From Candidatus Binatia bacterium (GTDB taxonomy: Bacteria > Desulfobacterota > Binatia > Bin18), in NCBI GenBank assembly GCA_963666315.2, contig CAXXHG010000014.1, positions 128,001 through 192,000 on the forward strand: DNA of 64,000 bases. The letters run 5' to 3'. Made by a program: the position numbers and the translations under genes. The notes under the pieces are model-generated. The model was not told the origin of the DNA, made no database searches, and worked only from the letters and a program-made list of their open reading frames with translations. Every line of letters starts with the position of its first letter. The first letter of the stretch is position 1. Positions 1 to 10,637 of the stretch are shown in pieces.

Positions 1-72
1 CGGCCCGAACTGCCTCTCTCGCTGCTGGCCGGTGCGCTGACTCTGGTCATGCTTTTCCTTTTCAAGTTGTGA
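1..72 (+). CDS. 3' end of a membrane protein truncated by the window edge
   Basis: Frame 1 reads RPELPLSLLAGALTLVMLFLFKL-stop (TGA 70-72), a hydrophobic C-terminal helix. Confidence 0.45.
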   Translation, partial: RPELPLSLLAGALTLVMLFLFKL

Positions 73-321
73 TGTTGTGATCAGGTTTTACGATTACGTA
101 GCGATCAGATTATAATTCTGGATCATATCGCCTGCCAGCCTCGAAGGGCAAGGATACTAGCGGCTCGGAAGGTGTGAGTCCTTACATTTTTTCCACTCTC
201 TCAATCGCCCCCTACTCTCCTGGACTTCCTGGGCGGGAGCATATTCCTCGCTCTTGACATTTCCATCTATCCCTTGCTTTTGTGTCTTGTTAGCTGCGAG
301 ACATACCAAGGAGAAATCCCT

Positions 322-1758
322 ATGAAGAGACGCATATATTTCAACGCCTTTCATATGAACTGTGTGGTCCATCAGTCGCCCGGCTTGTGGGTTCGAGACG
401 ACGACCATATGACCGACTACACCGACCTCGATCAGTGGGTCGAATTCGCCAAGATAGTGGAGCGGGGGAAGTTTGATGCCATCTTCTTGGCCGATGTACT
501 CGGTGTGTACGATGTGTTTCGAGGTAATCGGGATGCCGCGCTGACCGAAGCTACCCAGATACCGGTCAATGATCCGATGCTACTCATCCCAGCCATGGCA
601 TACGCCACCGAGCATATCGGTTTTGGTTTCACGAGTTCTATATTGCAAAACCATCCATTTACTTTTGCTCGACTCATCTCCACCCTGGATCATCTCACGA
701 AAGGTCGGGTAGCCTGGAAGATTGTGACCTCGTATCTCGAAAGCGCAGGCCGGAACTACGGCCAGACGGGTTTAGCCGATCATGATGATCGCTATGACAT
801 GGCGGATGAATACTGCGATGTCTGTTACAAACTGTGGGAAACGAGCTGGGAAGACAATGCCGTGGTGAAAGATGTCGAGCGCGGGATCTACGCCGATCCA
901 GCCAAAGTCCACGATGTCATGCATGAAGGCAAATATTATAAGGTACACGGTTGCCATCTCGCTGAACCATCTCCGCAACGGACACCCGTGCTCTTCCAGG
1001 CTGGTGCCTCGCCACGCGGCCGTGAGTTTGCCGCTCAGCATGCAGAGTGTGTTTTTGTCATCGGCTCAAAACCCGAGGTCGATGGGCAATATATTCGAGA
1101 CATCCGTAAAATCGCCCGCCAGCGCGGAAGGAACCCCGAGGACATTCTGTGTTTTGCGTATCTGAAGGTGATCACCGCTGAGACCGAAGCCGCAGCCAAG
1201 CGAAAATACGAGGAGTATTTTGAGCAGTGCAGCTACGACGGCGGGCTGGCGCTGTTGAGTGGCTGGACTGGCATTGATTTTGGACAATTTGAACCAGACC
1301 AACCGCTTGAGTATATCGAGACGAATGCAATCCGTACCCTCGTCCACAGCTTTACTGACGGCGATCCACATCGCAAATGGACAATGCGAGACCTCGCCAG
1401 GTATGTCGGCATTGGGGGTGCCGGTCCGGTTTTGGTTGGCACGCCTGAGAGCATTGCCGATCAGTTCGAGGACTGGATTGCCGCTGGTGTAGACGGGTTT
1501 AACCTTGCCTATGCCACAACGCCGGATTCATTTGAGGAGTTTATCGACGGCGTTGTTCCCGTGCTCCAAAAACGCGGACGTATGCAAAAGGAATATCGAG
1601 AAGGCACCTTGCGCGAGAAGCTCTACGGCAAAGGCCCTCGGCTCAGCGTACCGCATCCAGCAGCCCTGCATAGACAAGCGTTTCTAGGGGCTGTGAATGG
1701 TCCGGGTCAGAGCCTGTCGAGCAGTCAGGAAGCGGCAAGCGCGCCGGCTGCAAGGTAG
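322..1758 (+). CDS. LLM-class flavin-dependent monooxygenase (NtaA/DszA/DmoA family)
   Basis: FDAIFLADVLG, STLDHLTKGR and PSPQRTPVLFQAGASPRGREFAAQHAE motifs; ATG 322 follows AAGGAGA RBS. Confidence 0.93.
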   Translation: MKRRIYFNAFHMNCVVHQSPGLWVRDDDHMTDYTDLDQWVEFAKIVERGKFDAIFLADVLGVYDVFRGNRDAALTEATQIPVNDPMLLIPAMAYATEHIGFGFTSSILQNHPFTFARLISTLDHLTKGRVAWKIVTSYLESAGRNYGQTGLADHDDRYDMADEYCDVCYKLWETSWEDNAVVKDVERGIYADPAKVHDVMHEGKYYKVHGCHLAEPSPQRTPVLFQAGASPRGREFAAQHAECVFVIGSKPEVDGQYIRDIRKIARQRGRNPEDILCFAYLKVITAETEAAAKRKYEEYFEQCSYDGGLALLSGWTGIDFGQFEPDQPLEYIETNAIRTLVHSFTDGDPHRKWTMRDLARYVGIGGAGPVLVGTPESIADQFEDWIAAGVDGFNLAYATTPDSFEEFIDGVVPVLQKRGRMQKEYREGTLREKLYGKGPRLSVPHPAALHRQAFLGAVNGPGQSLSSSQEAASAPAAR

Positions 1759-1770
1759 GCAGCCATGTGG

Positions 1771-1801
1771 TGTCGGATTACGCTGCGCTAGTCCGACCTA
1801 C
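1771..1801 (-). repeat. GTAG-family REP palindrome
   Basis: Minus strand reads GTAG-GTCGGACTA-GCGCAGCG-TAATCCGAC-A, a GTAG-tagged imperfect hairpin just after the stop codon. Confidence 0.75.
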
Positions 1802-1858
1802 GAGACTCGTAAAGCGATACGCCTCCTGTTGTCCACGGACATGTCACCGAGTGGGTAG

Positions 1859-2290
1859 CTAAGACAGGCTCGTCACATAGGCCGCTATGTTGATGGGGCC
1901 GAGGGGAGCGGCCATGGCGGCTAAGCGAGCCATTTCTTGGCAAAAGCGCGGGCCGTGGTGCACGTTGGTCGCCGCGTGGGCCATTTCATGCAGGAGGATG
2001 CCTTCTGCCTTGGGGAAGGGGAAGGCCTCCAACAAGATCCGGCGCTGCTTTTTGTCGCAGTAGCCGGCCATGTATTTACTTAGGTCAGCGGGCACCCCAG
2101 GCACGATGAGTGGATCGTGGACCGTGATCCGGTAGGGTGGCAGCGTACTAGCGAAGTAGCAGCGGTTGAGCCGTTCGAAGTGGCGCTGATATTGCCCTGT
2201 CCATTCGGCGAGTTGTGCGGCCGTGGCGGTGTAGGACTTGCGATCCTTCCAAGTTGAAATTGTGGAAATTGTAGAAATCTCTACCCCCAT
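1859..2290 (-). CDS. SprT-like zinc metallopeptidase domain protein
   Basis: FERLNRCYF...LLHEMAH...HHGPRF matches the SprT HExxH plus HG-x-x-F pattern; GAGGA RBS upstream. Confidence 0.75.
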   Translation of the reverse strand: MGVEISTISTISTWKDRKSYTATAAQLAEWTGQYQRHFERLNRCYFASTLPPYRITVHDPLIVPGVPADLSKYMAGYCDKKQRRILLEAFPFPKAEGILLHEMAHAATNVHHGPRFCQEMARLAAMAAPLGPINIAAYVTSLS

Positions 2291-2441
2291 TTATTCCTCG
2301 CTTAAGTCTCGATAAGGAGGGCCTCACCGGTATCCGCTAACGCATAGGGGTGCGATCCAAGGGCAACCCACCCCGGCGCTACGATCCCTCCAACAGGAGG
2401 GGAGCTCATGGGTAGGCTCTCAGCAGTAATATGAATGGAAA

Positions 2442-3440
2442 CTACGCCGCCAGCATCCACTTGGCTATGCGTAGCATGTCCTTGGGATTCTCGGGCAGCT
2501 TGCGCATGACTGAGGCTTCAAAGCCCGAGTGCATGAGACAGTTTTGACACAGGGCGTCTTCGCGTTTTTCCCAGTAGTCCCAATCGACCCCGTTCCAGAA
2601 TTCGTCCCAGGTTTTAAAATATTTCTTGCCGATTAAGTAGCACGGGTCCTTCCAGCCAAAGGGCGTCCGGGTGACGTTGCCCCACGGGGTGCAGGGATAG
2701 TCCCGTTCGCCAGCGGCAAATTCGAGGAAAAGCGGTGTCAGCGAAATATTATAGCGTTCGGATAGCGCCAAGACTTGTTTGAACTTCTGGTGAATCTCTT
2801 CTTTATACATGAAGTGGTTAGTCTCAAGCGCTTCGTAGTGATAGCCGGGTGAAATCATCATGCCGTCGATGCCGAGTTGGGTCAGCATCTCACACATCTC
2901 TTCGACCTCTTCCATGCTCGTTTCACGGAACACCGTAGTGTTGGTGCAAACCGAGTAGCCGAGCTGTTTACCGACCTTGATCATTTCAACAGCTTTGTCG
3001 AACACGCCCGGCTTGTCACACACAAAGTCGTGCGTGTCACGCATGCCATCCAGGTGGACATTGATGGATAGGCGCTTGTGCGGTTCGCTTTTTCCGTAAA
3101 ACCGTTCTAGCAAAATCCCGTTCGTACACAGATAGATATGGCACTTGCGGTCAATAATGCCGTCTACAAGTTCAGACAGCTCTGGATAAACGGTTGGTTC
3201 TCCGCCGCAAATCGACACAACCGGCGTACCGGACTGATCCACAGCTTCAAAACATTCATCTAAGGAGAGCCGATCTTTGATATCGCCTTGGTGACGCTCC
3301 GGCGTACAGCCTACACAGGCGAGATTACATGTGTATAAGGGCTCAAGCATGAGTACAATGGGATAACGGGACTGTCCTCGTAGCTTGTTCTTGAGCTGCC
3401 ATTTTATCATGTCAGTAGTAATATGTAGTGGAAACCGCAT
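2442..3440 (-). CDS. hpnH: Hopanoid radical SAM adenosylhopane synthase HpnH
   Basis: LMLEPLYTCNLACVGC (CxxxCxxC), VVSICGGEP, VHLDG, YPCTPWGN, CQNCLMHSGFE. Confidence 0.92.
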   Translation of the reverse strand: MRFPLHITTDMIKWQLKNKLRGQSRYPIVLMLEPLYTCNLACVGCTPERHQGDIKDRLSLDECFEAVDQSGTPVVSICGGEPTVYPELSELVDGIIDRKCHIYLCTNGILLERFYGKSEPHKRLSINVHLDGMRDTHDFVCDKPGVFDKAVEMIKVGKQLGYSVCTNTTVFRETSMEEVEEMCEMLTQLGIDGMMISPGYHYEALETNHFMYKEEIHQKFKQVLALSERYNISLTPLFLEFAAGERDYPCTPWGNVTRTPFGWKDPCYLIGKKYFKTWDEFWNGVDWDYWEKREDALCQNCLMHSGFEASVMRKLPENPKDMLRIAKWMLAA

Positions 3441-3588
3441 ACCATTCCTCTCCGCTAAGCCGTTCTCATTGTCTGACCGTTCGGTCAGGGAATACTACCC
3501 ACCCTAATCAAAGCTGGCAAGAGGGAAAGTTTCGATAATATGAGATTTGGTGCTTTACAAGTTTTTGGGCCTTGGTCAGAATAGGGGC

Positions 3589-3906
3589 ATGACAAAAAAG
3601 CAGACGACGGGTAGAGGGAACGGAGGCGGTGGAGGAAAAGGCAAGGCTCTGCTGGGGGAGCTCAAGGGCGTGGCTGAGCAGTTGGGTATCCGGGTGCGTG
3701 AGGAGAAATTGCTCCGAGAGGTCGGGTATCGGGTTCGAGGTGGAGGCTGCCGGGTGCACGATCAGGACATCGTCTTCTTGGACCGAGAGCGACCGCTTGC
3801 CGAGCGCATTGAGGTCTTGCTTGATGAACTCTCGCAGCGAAATCTGAACGTTGAGACACTCTCGCCGTCCGTGCGACGCCTGTTAAACGGGAGCGCCGCG
3901 TTGTGA
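3589..3906 (+). CDS. Hypothetical protein translationally coupled to fur
   Basis: ATG 3589; stop overlaps the fur start (GTGA). Confidence 0.7.
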   Translation: MTKKQTTGRGNGGGGGKGKALLGELKGVAEQLGIRVREEKLLREVGYRVRGGGCRVHDQDIVFLDRERPLAERIEVLLDELSQRNLNVETLSPSVRRLLNGSAAL

Positions 3907-4367
3907 GTGATCGGCTCGAAACCTTTCGGCTCTGGATCAAAGATCAAGGGCTAAAGACAACCGCTCAGCGAGAAGACATCGCCCAGGTATTCTTTTCAGT
4001 GAAGCGACATATCAGCGTGGAAGAGCTGTATAGCGAGGTGCGTACTATAAACTCTCGGGTCGGCTATGCCACGGTCTATCGGACCCTCAAGCTCCTGAAA
4101 GAATGCGGACTGGCCGAAGAGCGGCATTTTGCCGATGGGCAGGCACGCTTTGAAAATGTCGAGGACCACAACCACCACGATCACCTGATTTGTGAACGCT
4201 GTGGGCGGATTGTCGAATTTGTGCAACCTCGTATTGAAGAACTGCAAGAAGAAGTCGCGCAGCGCTACGGCTTTGTCGCAACCACGCACAAGACGGAAAT
4301 CTACGGCATCTGCCAGGAATGCCGCGAAGGCTCTGATAACCGCCAGGGGCGGCTCCTGAGCGGCTAG
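3903..4367 (+). CDS. fur: Fur family transcriptional regulator
   Basis: ATVYRTLKLL helix, HHDHLICERCG, C-terminal CxxC. Confidence 0.93.
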   Translation: MSDRLETFRLWIKDQGLKTTAQREDIAQVFFSVKRHISVEELYSEVRTINSRVGYATVYRTLKLLKECGLAEERHFADGQARFENVEDHNHHDHLICERCGRIVEFVQPRIEELQEEVAQRYGFVATTHKTEIYGICQECREGSDNRQGRLLSG

Positions 4368-5143
4368 GAATCAAGCCGAAACAGCTGCTCGGTATTGCGG
4401 CAGGTGGCTGTCGCCACCTCTTCAAGCGATAGTCCTTTGACGTCAGCAAGCGTTGTTGCCACGTGGCAGACATAGCCGGGCTCATTGCGTTTCCCGCGGT
4501 AGGGCACAGGGGCAAGATACGGACAGTCGGTTTCAATCAACATCCGATTGAGCGGCACGATGGGCACAACGTCCCGTAACGATTGGGCGCTCTTAAAGGT
4601 CACAATCCCGCTGAACGAAATAAACAGGCCCAAATCAAGCAAAGCCTGGGCTTGTGGGATACTGCCGGCAAAGCAGTGCATGACACCCTGGACTTTCCCC
4701 TCACCTTCTTCACCCAGAATAGCGGCCGCTTCCGCATAGGCATCGCGTACATGCATGGATAACGGCAGGTCGAGTTCTCGCGCCAGGCGAATAAAAGCCC
4801 GAAAATGCTTCCGCTGCTCTTCGCGTGGCGAGTGGTCATAATAAAAATCGAGCCCGGTCTCGCCCAGACCGACAACCTTGGGGTCCTGGGCCAATTGCCG
4901 CAATCGCGCATAAGTATCCAGCGTAATGCTGGCTGCATCATGCGGATGTACGCCAACCGTGGCAAAGACGTCGGCATATTCATGGGTCAATGCAACCGCT
5001 CTGTCGTTATGCCAAAACTCGCCCGTGGCACCAATGGTAATAAACCGCGCCACGCCGGCTTCTCGCGCGCGTGCGAGCATAACATCACGATCGTCATCAA
5101 ATTGGTTATCGGTCAGATGGCAATGTGAGTCGGTAAAGTGCAT
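4364..5143 (-). CDS. tatD: TatD family hydrolase
   Basis: DSHCHL, GVHPH, GETGLD, ETDCPYLAP. Confidence 0.95.
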   Translation of the reverse strand: MHFTDSHCHLTDNQFDDDRDVMLARAREAGVARFITIGATGEFWHNDRAVALTHEYADVFATVGVHPHDAASITLDTYARLRQLAQDPKVVGLGETGLDFYYDHSPREEQRKHFRAFIRLARELDLPLSMHVRDAYAEAAAILGEEGEGKVQGVMHCFAGSIPQAQALLDLGLFISFSGIVTFKSAQSLRDVVPIVPLNRMLIETDCPYLAPVPYRGKRNEPGYVCHVATTLADVKGLSLEEVATATCRNTEQLFRLDS

Positions 5144-5155
5144 ATTCTTTTAAGT

Positions 5156-6919
5156 CTAGTTCGAAGCCGCCGCCGTTTCTTTTTCCGCTACATCCTCGTC
5201 TAGCTTGACGAACAACGGTTTAGGCGGTTTGAGATCCTGACCTGGGTTGAGCGTACCCGGCTCCCACGTGCCGATGGCCGCACTATTGTCATAGCGCAGG
5301 ACGAGGTGTTCGCCCCGTGCATCCTTGACCGTCTCGGTATACTGGCGTCCAAAGAGCTGCCCGTCATAGCCCAAGAATTCGTGCAGCTGTTGACTGCTAT
5401 GGGGCAAGATCGGAGCCCACAGGATCTTCAGCCAGTCAATGACTTGCAGCGCAACATAGATTGAGGTGGCGGCTTGTTGTGGGTCGGTCTTGATCGTACT
5501 CCACGGCGCCGCATCGTGCAGATACTGATTTGCCCGCTGGCTGAGACGGCGGACTTCGTTCATTGCCGCTTTCAGTTTTGCGCTTTCATACAGCTCTCCC
5601 GCGCTTTGAAAGCCGGCTCTGACTTCATCCAGCAGGCCCTGGTCTTGCCCGCTCAACGCCCCCGGTGTTGGCACGACACCGTCCCAACGCTTATAGGCAA
5701 ACCCTAGCACCCGGTTCACCAGGTTGCCCCAATTGGCCACGAGTTCGTTATTAACCCGTTCAACAAAATCATCCCAGCTAAAATCAACATCGCTGGTCTC
5801 CGGCGCAATAGCCGTGAGCGCGTAGCGCCAGGCGTCGGCCTGGTAGCGTTTCAGCACGTCCAGAATGCTAATGATGCGTCCCTGGCTTTTGCTGAACTTG
5901 CGACCATACATATTGAGAAATTCGTTGGCCGGGACATCATAGGGGAGATTCATGTCTTGGAGGGCGATTAACATCGCCGGCCACATCATGGCGTGGAAGG
6001 GAATATTGTCCTTGCCAATAAAGTTATAGATGCGGGCGTCGGGATTGGTCTTGGCGTCCCACCACTGGCGCCATTGCTCAGGCGTATTATTGAGTTGCGC
6101 CCACTCGGTCGTAGCGCTTAAATACCCTATCACCGCGTCGTACCACACATAGATGCACTTGTGTTCCGTATCCGGTAGTGGAATCGACACCCCCCAGTCC
6201 ATATCACGCGTAATCGGCCGTCCGCGCAGCTTGATCTGTTCGACCTGCGTGCGGGCAAAATGAATCACATTCGGCCGCCAATGTGTTTTCCCGTCTTTAA
6301 GCCACGCCAGCAGCGGTTCCTGAAGTTTCGACAGGTCCAGGAAGTAATGTTCAGTTTCGCGAATCTCGAGGTCGGTATTGCCGCTAATCCGCGAGCGGGG
6401 CTGTTTCAGTTCCACTGCCTCATACGTTCGCCCGCACTGATCACACTGATCGCCGCGGGCTTCATCCGAGTCGCAAAAGGGGCAGCGGCCTTCTACATAA
6501 CGATCCGGCAAAAAACGATGCGCTGTGCCGTCGTAGAGCTGTTGTTGGCTGTCTTTATAGATATACCCAGCCTCAAGATGACGCCGAAACATCTGCTGCG
6601 TGACATCCCAATGGTTCTGCGTATCCGTATGCGTAAAGAGGTCAAATGTCAGTCCGAGCTTGAGATAACTGTCCACAAAGGTGGCATGAAAACGATCAAC
6701 AATTTCTGCCGGACTGACACCCTCGGCTTCTGCCCGGACCGTAATGGGCGTACCGTGCGCGTCGGAGCCACTCAGCATCAGCACGCTCTTGCCGCGCATG
6801 CGCTGGAAGCGGGCAAAAATATCGGGCGGCAAATACGCCCCGGCAATATGGCCGATGTGTTGTTCGCCATTTGCGTACGGCCAGGCGACTCCGACTAATA
6901 GGTGCTGTGGTTGGTCCAT
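5156..6919 (-). CDS. metG: Methionyl-tRNA synthetase
   Basis: [35 protein letters not shown]; start at MDQPQ after GGAGAGAGG. Confidence 0.96.
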   Translation of the reverse strand: MDQPQHLLVGVAWPYANGEQHIGHIAGAYLPPDIFARFQRMRGKSVLMLSGSDAHGTPITVRAEAEGVSPAEIVDRFHATFVDSYLKLGLTFDLFTHTDTQNHWDVTQQMFRRHLEAGYIYKDSQQQLYDGTAHRFLPDRYVEGRCPFCDSDEARGDQCDQCGRTYEAVELKQPRSRISGNTDLEIRETEHYFLDLSKLQEPLLAWLKDGKTHWRPNVIHFARTQVEQIKLRGRPITRDMDWGVSIPLPDTEHKCIYVWYDAVIGYLSATTEWAQLNNTPEQWRQWWDAKTNPDARIYNFIGKDNIPFHAMMWPAMLIALQDMNLPYDVPANEFLNMYGRKFSKSQGRIISILDVLKRYQADAWRYALTAIAPETSDVDFSWDDFVERVNNELVANWGNLVNRVLGFAYKRWDGVVPTPGALSGQDQGLLDEVRAGFQSAGELYESAKLKAAMNEVRRLSQRANQYLHDAAPWSTIKTDPQQAATSIYVALQVIDWLKILWAPILPHSSQQLHEFLGYDGQLFGRQYTETVKDARGEHLVLRYDNSAAIGTWEPGTLNPGQDLKPPKPLFVKLDEDVAEKETAAASN

Positions 6920-6965
6920 ACCTCTCTCCTTGATCTCCCCTCGCGTCTGTCTCCTGATTTCCTCG

Positions 6966-8009
6966 CTACCCGCCTGATACAGGCGCAGCAAGCTGGAGCA
7001 GCATATCCTCGACAGTCAGCCTGGGATTCGCATTCCGTCCTAAGGCTTGGATCGTATCGTACACCAGACGCAGATCGTGCAACGCCTGCGGGACACTCGC
7101 CCCGTGGGTCGTCTGGGCCAGCGCCGACAGGCAGTCCTGGTAGCGAACCACCGCATTCCGGCCGAGCAAAAGATAGCGTAGCGCCTCTTCATACCACGCC
7201 AGGAGCAGCTCTAAACGGGCCCCTCTCTCCAGCCTCTCTGCCCCCCCAGGCTGCTTCTTTACCTTTGGACTCCGGTCAGCGACCAACCACTCAGCCAATT
7301 GGGAGAGCGTTGAAAAAGAGACTCCTCTCAAGCTTGAGAAGTGCTCAACAATCTGCTGGCGTTCCTCGACAAGCAGCTGGGGGTCAAGAGTCAGCGCTTG
7401 GCCAATGCTGCCACGGCTAGAGCGGGACAGCAGGCGCGCGGTGTCCGGATCTTTGTCATATTCGTTGCGCAGACTGCGCAGGAGGGCTTCGACTTCTTCA
7501 ACCGGCAGGAGAGCAAACCGAACCTGCTGGCAGCGAGATAAGAGCGGTGTTGAGAGGGTAGCCGCACTCACCGCCAGCAGCAGCAGAACTGCGTCGCCCG
7601 GCGGTTCTTCAAGGACTTTGAGCAGAGCGCTCTGCGCTTGCGCGGTGAGCACGTGGGCATCATCGAGTATCGCGACCTTCTTCCCGCCCCGAACCGCGCG
7701 CAAGGTCAAAAACTTCTGGATCTCGCGGACTTGGTCGATGCCGAGGCTCTGTTTATCGGGCGGAGTCGTACTGAAGCTATAGTCAGGATGAGTCCCTGCC
7801 ATCACAGACAGACAGGCCGGACAGGACTCGCAGCCGACCTGGGGAGCGTCCTGACACAGCAGGGCCTTTGCGAGCCCCACAGCAGTGCAACGCTTGCCAA
7901 CCCCAGCCGGCCCGGTAAAAAGATAGGCATGGGCAAGTCGGTCTCGAGTGAGCGCGTTGCGCACGATGGCAATAGCCGGGTCTTGGCCCTTGATTTGGTC
8001 GAGCAGCAT
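6966..8009 (-). CDS. holB: DNA polymerase III delta-prime subunit
   Basis: [13 protein letters not shown], Zn-binding Cys cluster, [13 protein letters not shown]; follows tmk. Confidence 0.92.
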   Translation of the reverse strand: MLLDQIKGQDPAIAIVRNALTRDRLAHAYLFTGPAGVGKRCTAVGLAKALLCQDAPQVGCESCPACLSVMAGTHPDYSFSTTPPDKQSLGIDQVREIQKFLTLRAVRGGKKVAILDDAHVLTAQAQSALLKVLEEPPGDAVLLLLAVSAATLSTPLLSRCQQVRFALLPVEEVEALLRSLRNEYDKDPDTARLLSRSSRGSIGQALTLDPQLLVEERQQIVEHFSSLRGVSFSTLSQLAEWLVADRSPKVKKQPGGAERLERGARLELLLAWYEEALRYLLLGRNAVVRYQDCLSALAQTTHGASVPQALHDLRLVYDTIQALGRNANPRLTVEDMLLQLAAPVSGG

Positions 8010-8017
8010 GGCTTGCT

Positions 8018-8695
8018 TTACGGTCTATTCTTCGGAGCGCGCGGGGCGCGCAGTGCACGGGTATTTCGCGCTTTTTCAAGAATAGCACGGTGTACGGCAT
8101 CAATACTCTGGTGTGCGTCAAGAATGCACACCCGTTCAGGCTCAGCGAGGGCAATCTGTAGAAAACCGCTCCGCACCCGCTCATGAAAGGCAACCGACTC
8201 CGTCTCAAAATGATCAACCGCTGCGGTCCCACGCCGCTCTTGGGCTCGCCGCAGACCCACTGCGACGGGGAGATCAAGGACAAATGTCAGCTGGGGCATA
8301 CATGCGCCGCACACAAACGCGTTCAGTCGGGCGATCTCTGCCAAGTCGAAGCCACGCCCATGGCCCTGATAGGCCGTTGTCGAGTCAGCAAAACGGTCAC
8401 ACAGCACAATCCGGCCTGCCTGGAGGCTGGGCGCAATGACGGCCTGAATATGTTGCGCACGATCAGCTAGCATGAGCAGCAATTCGGCCTTAGCGGCAAG
8501 TGGCACATCAGCTTGCTGTTTCAACTGGGGATGTAACAGAATCTGGCGTAACGCTAGCCCGAGCGGGGTCCCACCGGGCTCCCGCGTTATGACCACCTCA
8601 TGCCCGCGCGCGCGCAGCACGTCTGCCAAAAGTTCTATTTGGGTGGTCTTGCCACACCCTTCTCCGCCTTCAAAAGAGAGTAAAACTCCAGCCAT
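8018..8695 (-). CDS. tmk: Thymidylate kinase
   Basis: FEGGEGCGKTTQ, TREPGGT, CDRFADSTTAYQG. Confidence 0.96.
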   Translation of the reverse strand: MAGVLLSFEGGEGCGKTTQIELLADVLRARGHEVVITREPGGTPLGLALRQILLHPQLKQQADVPLAAKAELLLMLADRAQHIQAVIAPSLQAGRIVLCDRFADSTTAYQGHGRGFDLAEIARLNAFVCGACMPQLTFVLDLPVAVGLRRAQERRGTAAVDHFETESVAFHERVRSGFLQIALAEPERVCILDAHQSIDAVHRAILEKARNTRALRAPRAPKNRP

Positions 8696-8734
8696 AGCGT
8701 ATTCTCTAACGGCTTGCGGAATATATCGGAAAAG

Positions 8735-10603
8735 CTAGCTGACTTCCAATCCGACAGACTGCATCAAAGCCAATGCGTTACTCTTTTGCACCACACCGGA
8801 GCGCATGCGGTAGTCAAAAACGAGCTGACCATCCACGAGTTGATCTTCGAAACAGACATTTGTCGCCCGAGGAGCTAATTCCTCGGCAATACGCACCAGG
8901 GCTAAATCGTGCGTGGTCACCAGGCCGATAGCGCCTCGTGCCAGCAGGCCGCGCACCACAGCCGCAGCTCCGATCTGACGATCGTGTGAATTCGTACCAT
9001 GAAAGATTTCGTCTAACAGGAAAAGCAGTGGGAGCGGCCCCTCAGCCGAGTCCATGAGCTGGCGTACGCGGATAATCTCGGCATAGAAATGAGACGTGCC
9101 GGCATGCAGCGAGTCCTGCACCCGTAACGTGGCCCCAAATGTGAGCGGTGAAAGTCGCAACTGCTGAGCACGAACGGGAGCCCCGGCCAAGGCCAGCACC
9201 GCATTGACCCCAACCGTACGCAACAGCGTACTCTTGCCCGACATATTCGAGCCGCTGACGATCAGCACCTGCAGCTGTTCCCCGAGACAGACATCATTCC
9301 GAACACACTCCCGTTCCGGCATTAGCGGATGGCCGAGGCCCTTTCCATCAAAGCAGGCCACCTTTTTTTCATTTGCCTGCGCCTCAACAATTTCCGGAAA
9401 CGGATCTGTTGGATTTTCATACGCATAGCCGGACAGGGCCTGCAGCGCTTCAAATGCTCCAATCGCACAGAGCCAGCCGACGACGGCCTGACCTGAACCG
9501 GCGCGCCAACGCTCAAGGGCGAATGCGATCTGGGGTGTCCACAGCAGGAGGGCGGCAATCGGAATAAAGAGCTGATTGCGGCTGGATTCAAGCAGCGTGA
9601 TGAGTCGATTGAGCCGCGCAATTTGGCGCGAGGGAGGTAAGCCGTGGGTGTTGATCGCAGTTTGGAGATCGATCAGCCACGGACACGAAAACGGCTCCCG
9701 CTCAAGGCAGGTGAGGATTTTGGAGAGGAGGGTGAGCTCGCGTCCGGGCCGATCGATCTCGGCAGTGATCTTTTGCACCCGGGGCCGTAAGACAGCGATA
9801 AAAATACTTTGGACCAAGAACGCTAGCAGAAACGGGACTGGGCCAACCGTGGTGGCCGCCCAGGCAAGCAAGGTCAGTATAGATATAGCGGACAGCAGCG
9901 CGGCAAGACCGGGGAGCCACCATCCAGAGAATTGAATAGGCGTACTCCCCCAGGCTGTTAATGCCTCAGGCGTGATCCCAGGCTCGACATCGTCGCCGTC
10001 TATAGCCAGTTCTTCGCGTAAATCGAGACGCAGGCAAAGCTCGTCTATAGCTTGCTGACGGGCACGGATCTCGTGTGCTTGAGCCGATGTACACAGCCAT
10101 GAGGCCAAGGTGTGCCGGCCGCTTGAGGTACGAGCGGTACACAGCAGCTCAAACGCCGAGCCTGGACCAAAAAGGTCGAGATCAGCAGCATACGGATGGC
10201 CGTCTTCCAAGAATTTTGACAAGAATCCTGCCCCAGGCTCCCCGTTTCCTACCCATCGATCTTCAAGGCGGGCGAGTCCTCGGTCGTAAAAGGCGACACT
10301 GCGTTCTGCTTGGAGGCGCTGTCGTTTCACCCGTTCATGGGCAATCACCAGCCCCGCAAAACCCAGGATAACGGGCAGTATCCACCCCCACGAGAGCATG
10401 TCTGGCCGGAGGACAAACCACACAAAGCCTAGCCCAGCGAGAAACACCAGGAGGCGGATATTGCCCATACGGTGCTCAAGCTGGATACAGCGTTGTTGCT
10501 CTTTTTGGCGTTCGACAAACCGGCGTGCATACTCGGCATGCGGATCGGCGGGACGAGACGGGAGAGCGGTCTCCCCAGTAGCCTGCGGTAGATCGGCCGA
10601 CAT
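8735..10603 (-). CDS. Membrane-anchored MutS-like ATPase (MutS domain V only)
   Basis: N-terminal hydrophobic segments, SGSNMSGKSTLLR Walker A, FLLDEIFHGTNS, TTHD. Confidence 0.88.
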   Translation of the reverse strand: MSADLPQATGETALPSRPADPHAEYARRFVERQKEQQRCIQLEHRMGNIRLLVFLAGLGFVWFVLRPDMLSWGWILPVILGFAGLVIAHERVKRQRLQAERSVAFYDRGLARLEDRWVGNGEPGAGFLSKFLEDGHPYAADLDLFGPGSAFELLCTARTSSGRHTLASWLCTSAQAHEIRARQQAIDELCLRLDLREELAIDGDDVEPGITPEALTAWGSTPIQFSGWWLPGLAALLSAISILTLLAWAATTVGPVPFLLAFLVQSIFIAVLRPRVQKITAEIDRPGRELTLLSKILTCLEREPFSCPWLIDLQTAINTHGLPPSRQIARLNRLITLLESSRNQLFIPIAALLLWTPQIAFALERWRAGSGQAVVGWLCAIGAFEALQALSGYAYENPTDPFPEIVEAQANEKKVACFDGKGLGHPLMPERECVRNDVCLGEQLQVLIVSGSNMSGKSTLLRTVGVNAVLALAGAPVRAQQLRLSPLTFGATLRVQDSLHAGTSHFYAEIIRVRQLMDSAEGPLPLLFLLDEIFHGTNSHDRQIGAAAVVRGLLARGAIGLVTTHDLALVRIAEELAPRATNVCFEDQLVDGQLVFDYRMRSGVVQKSNALALMQSVGLEVS

Positions 10604-10637
10604 GAATTCAGGTCCTTTCAAATAGTGGGCTGAGGAT

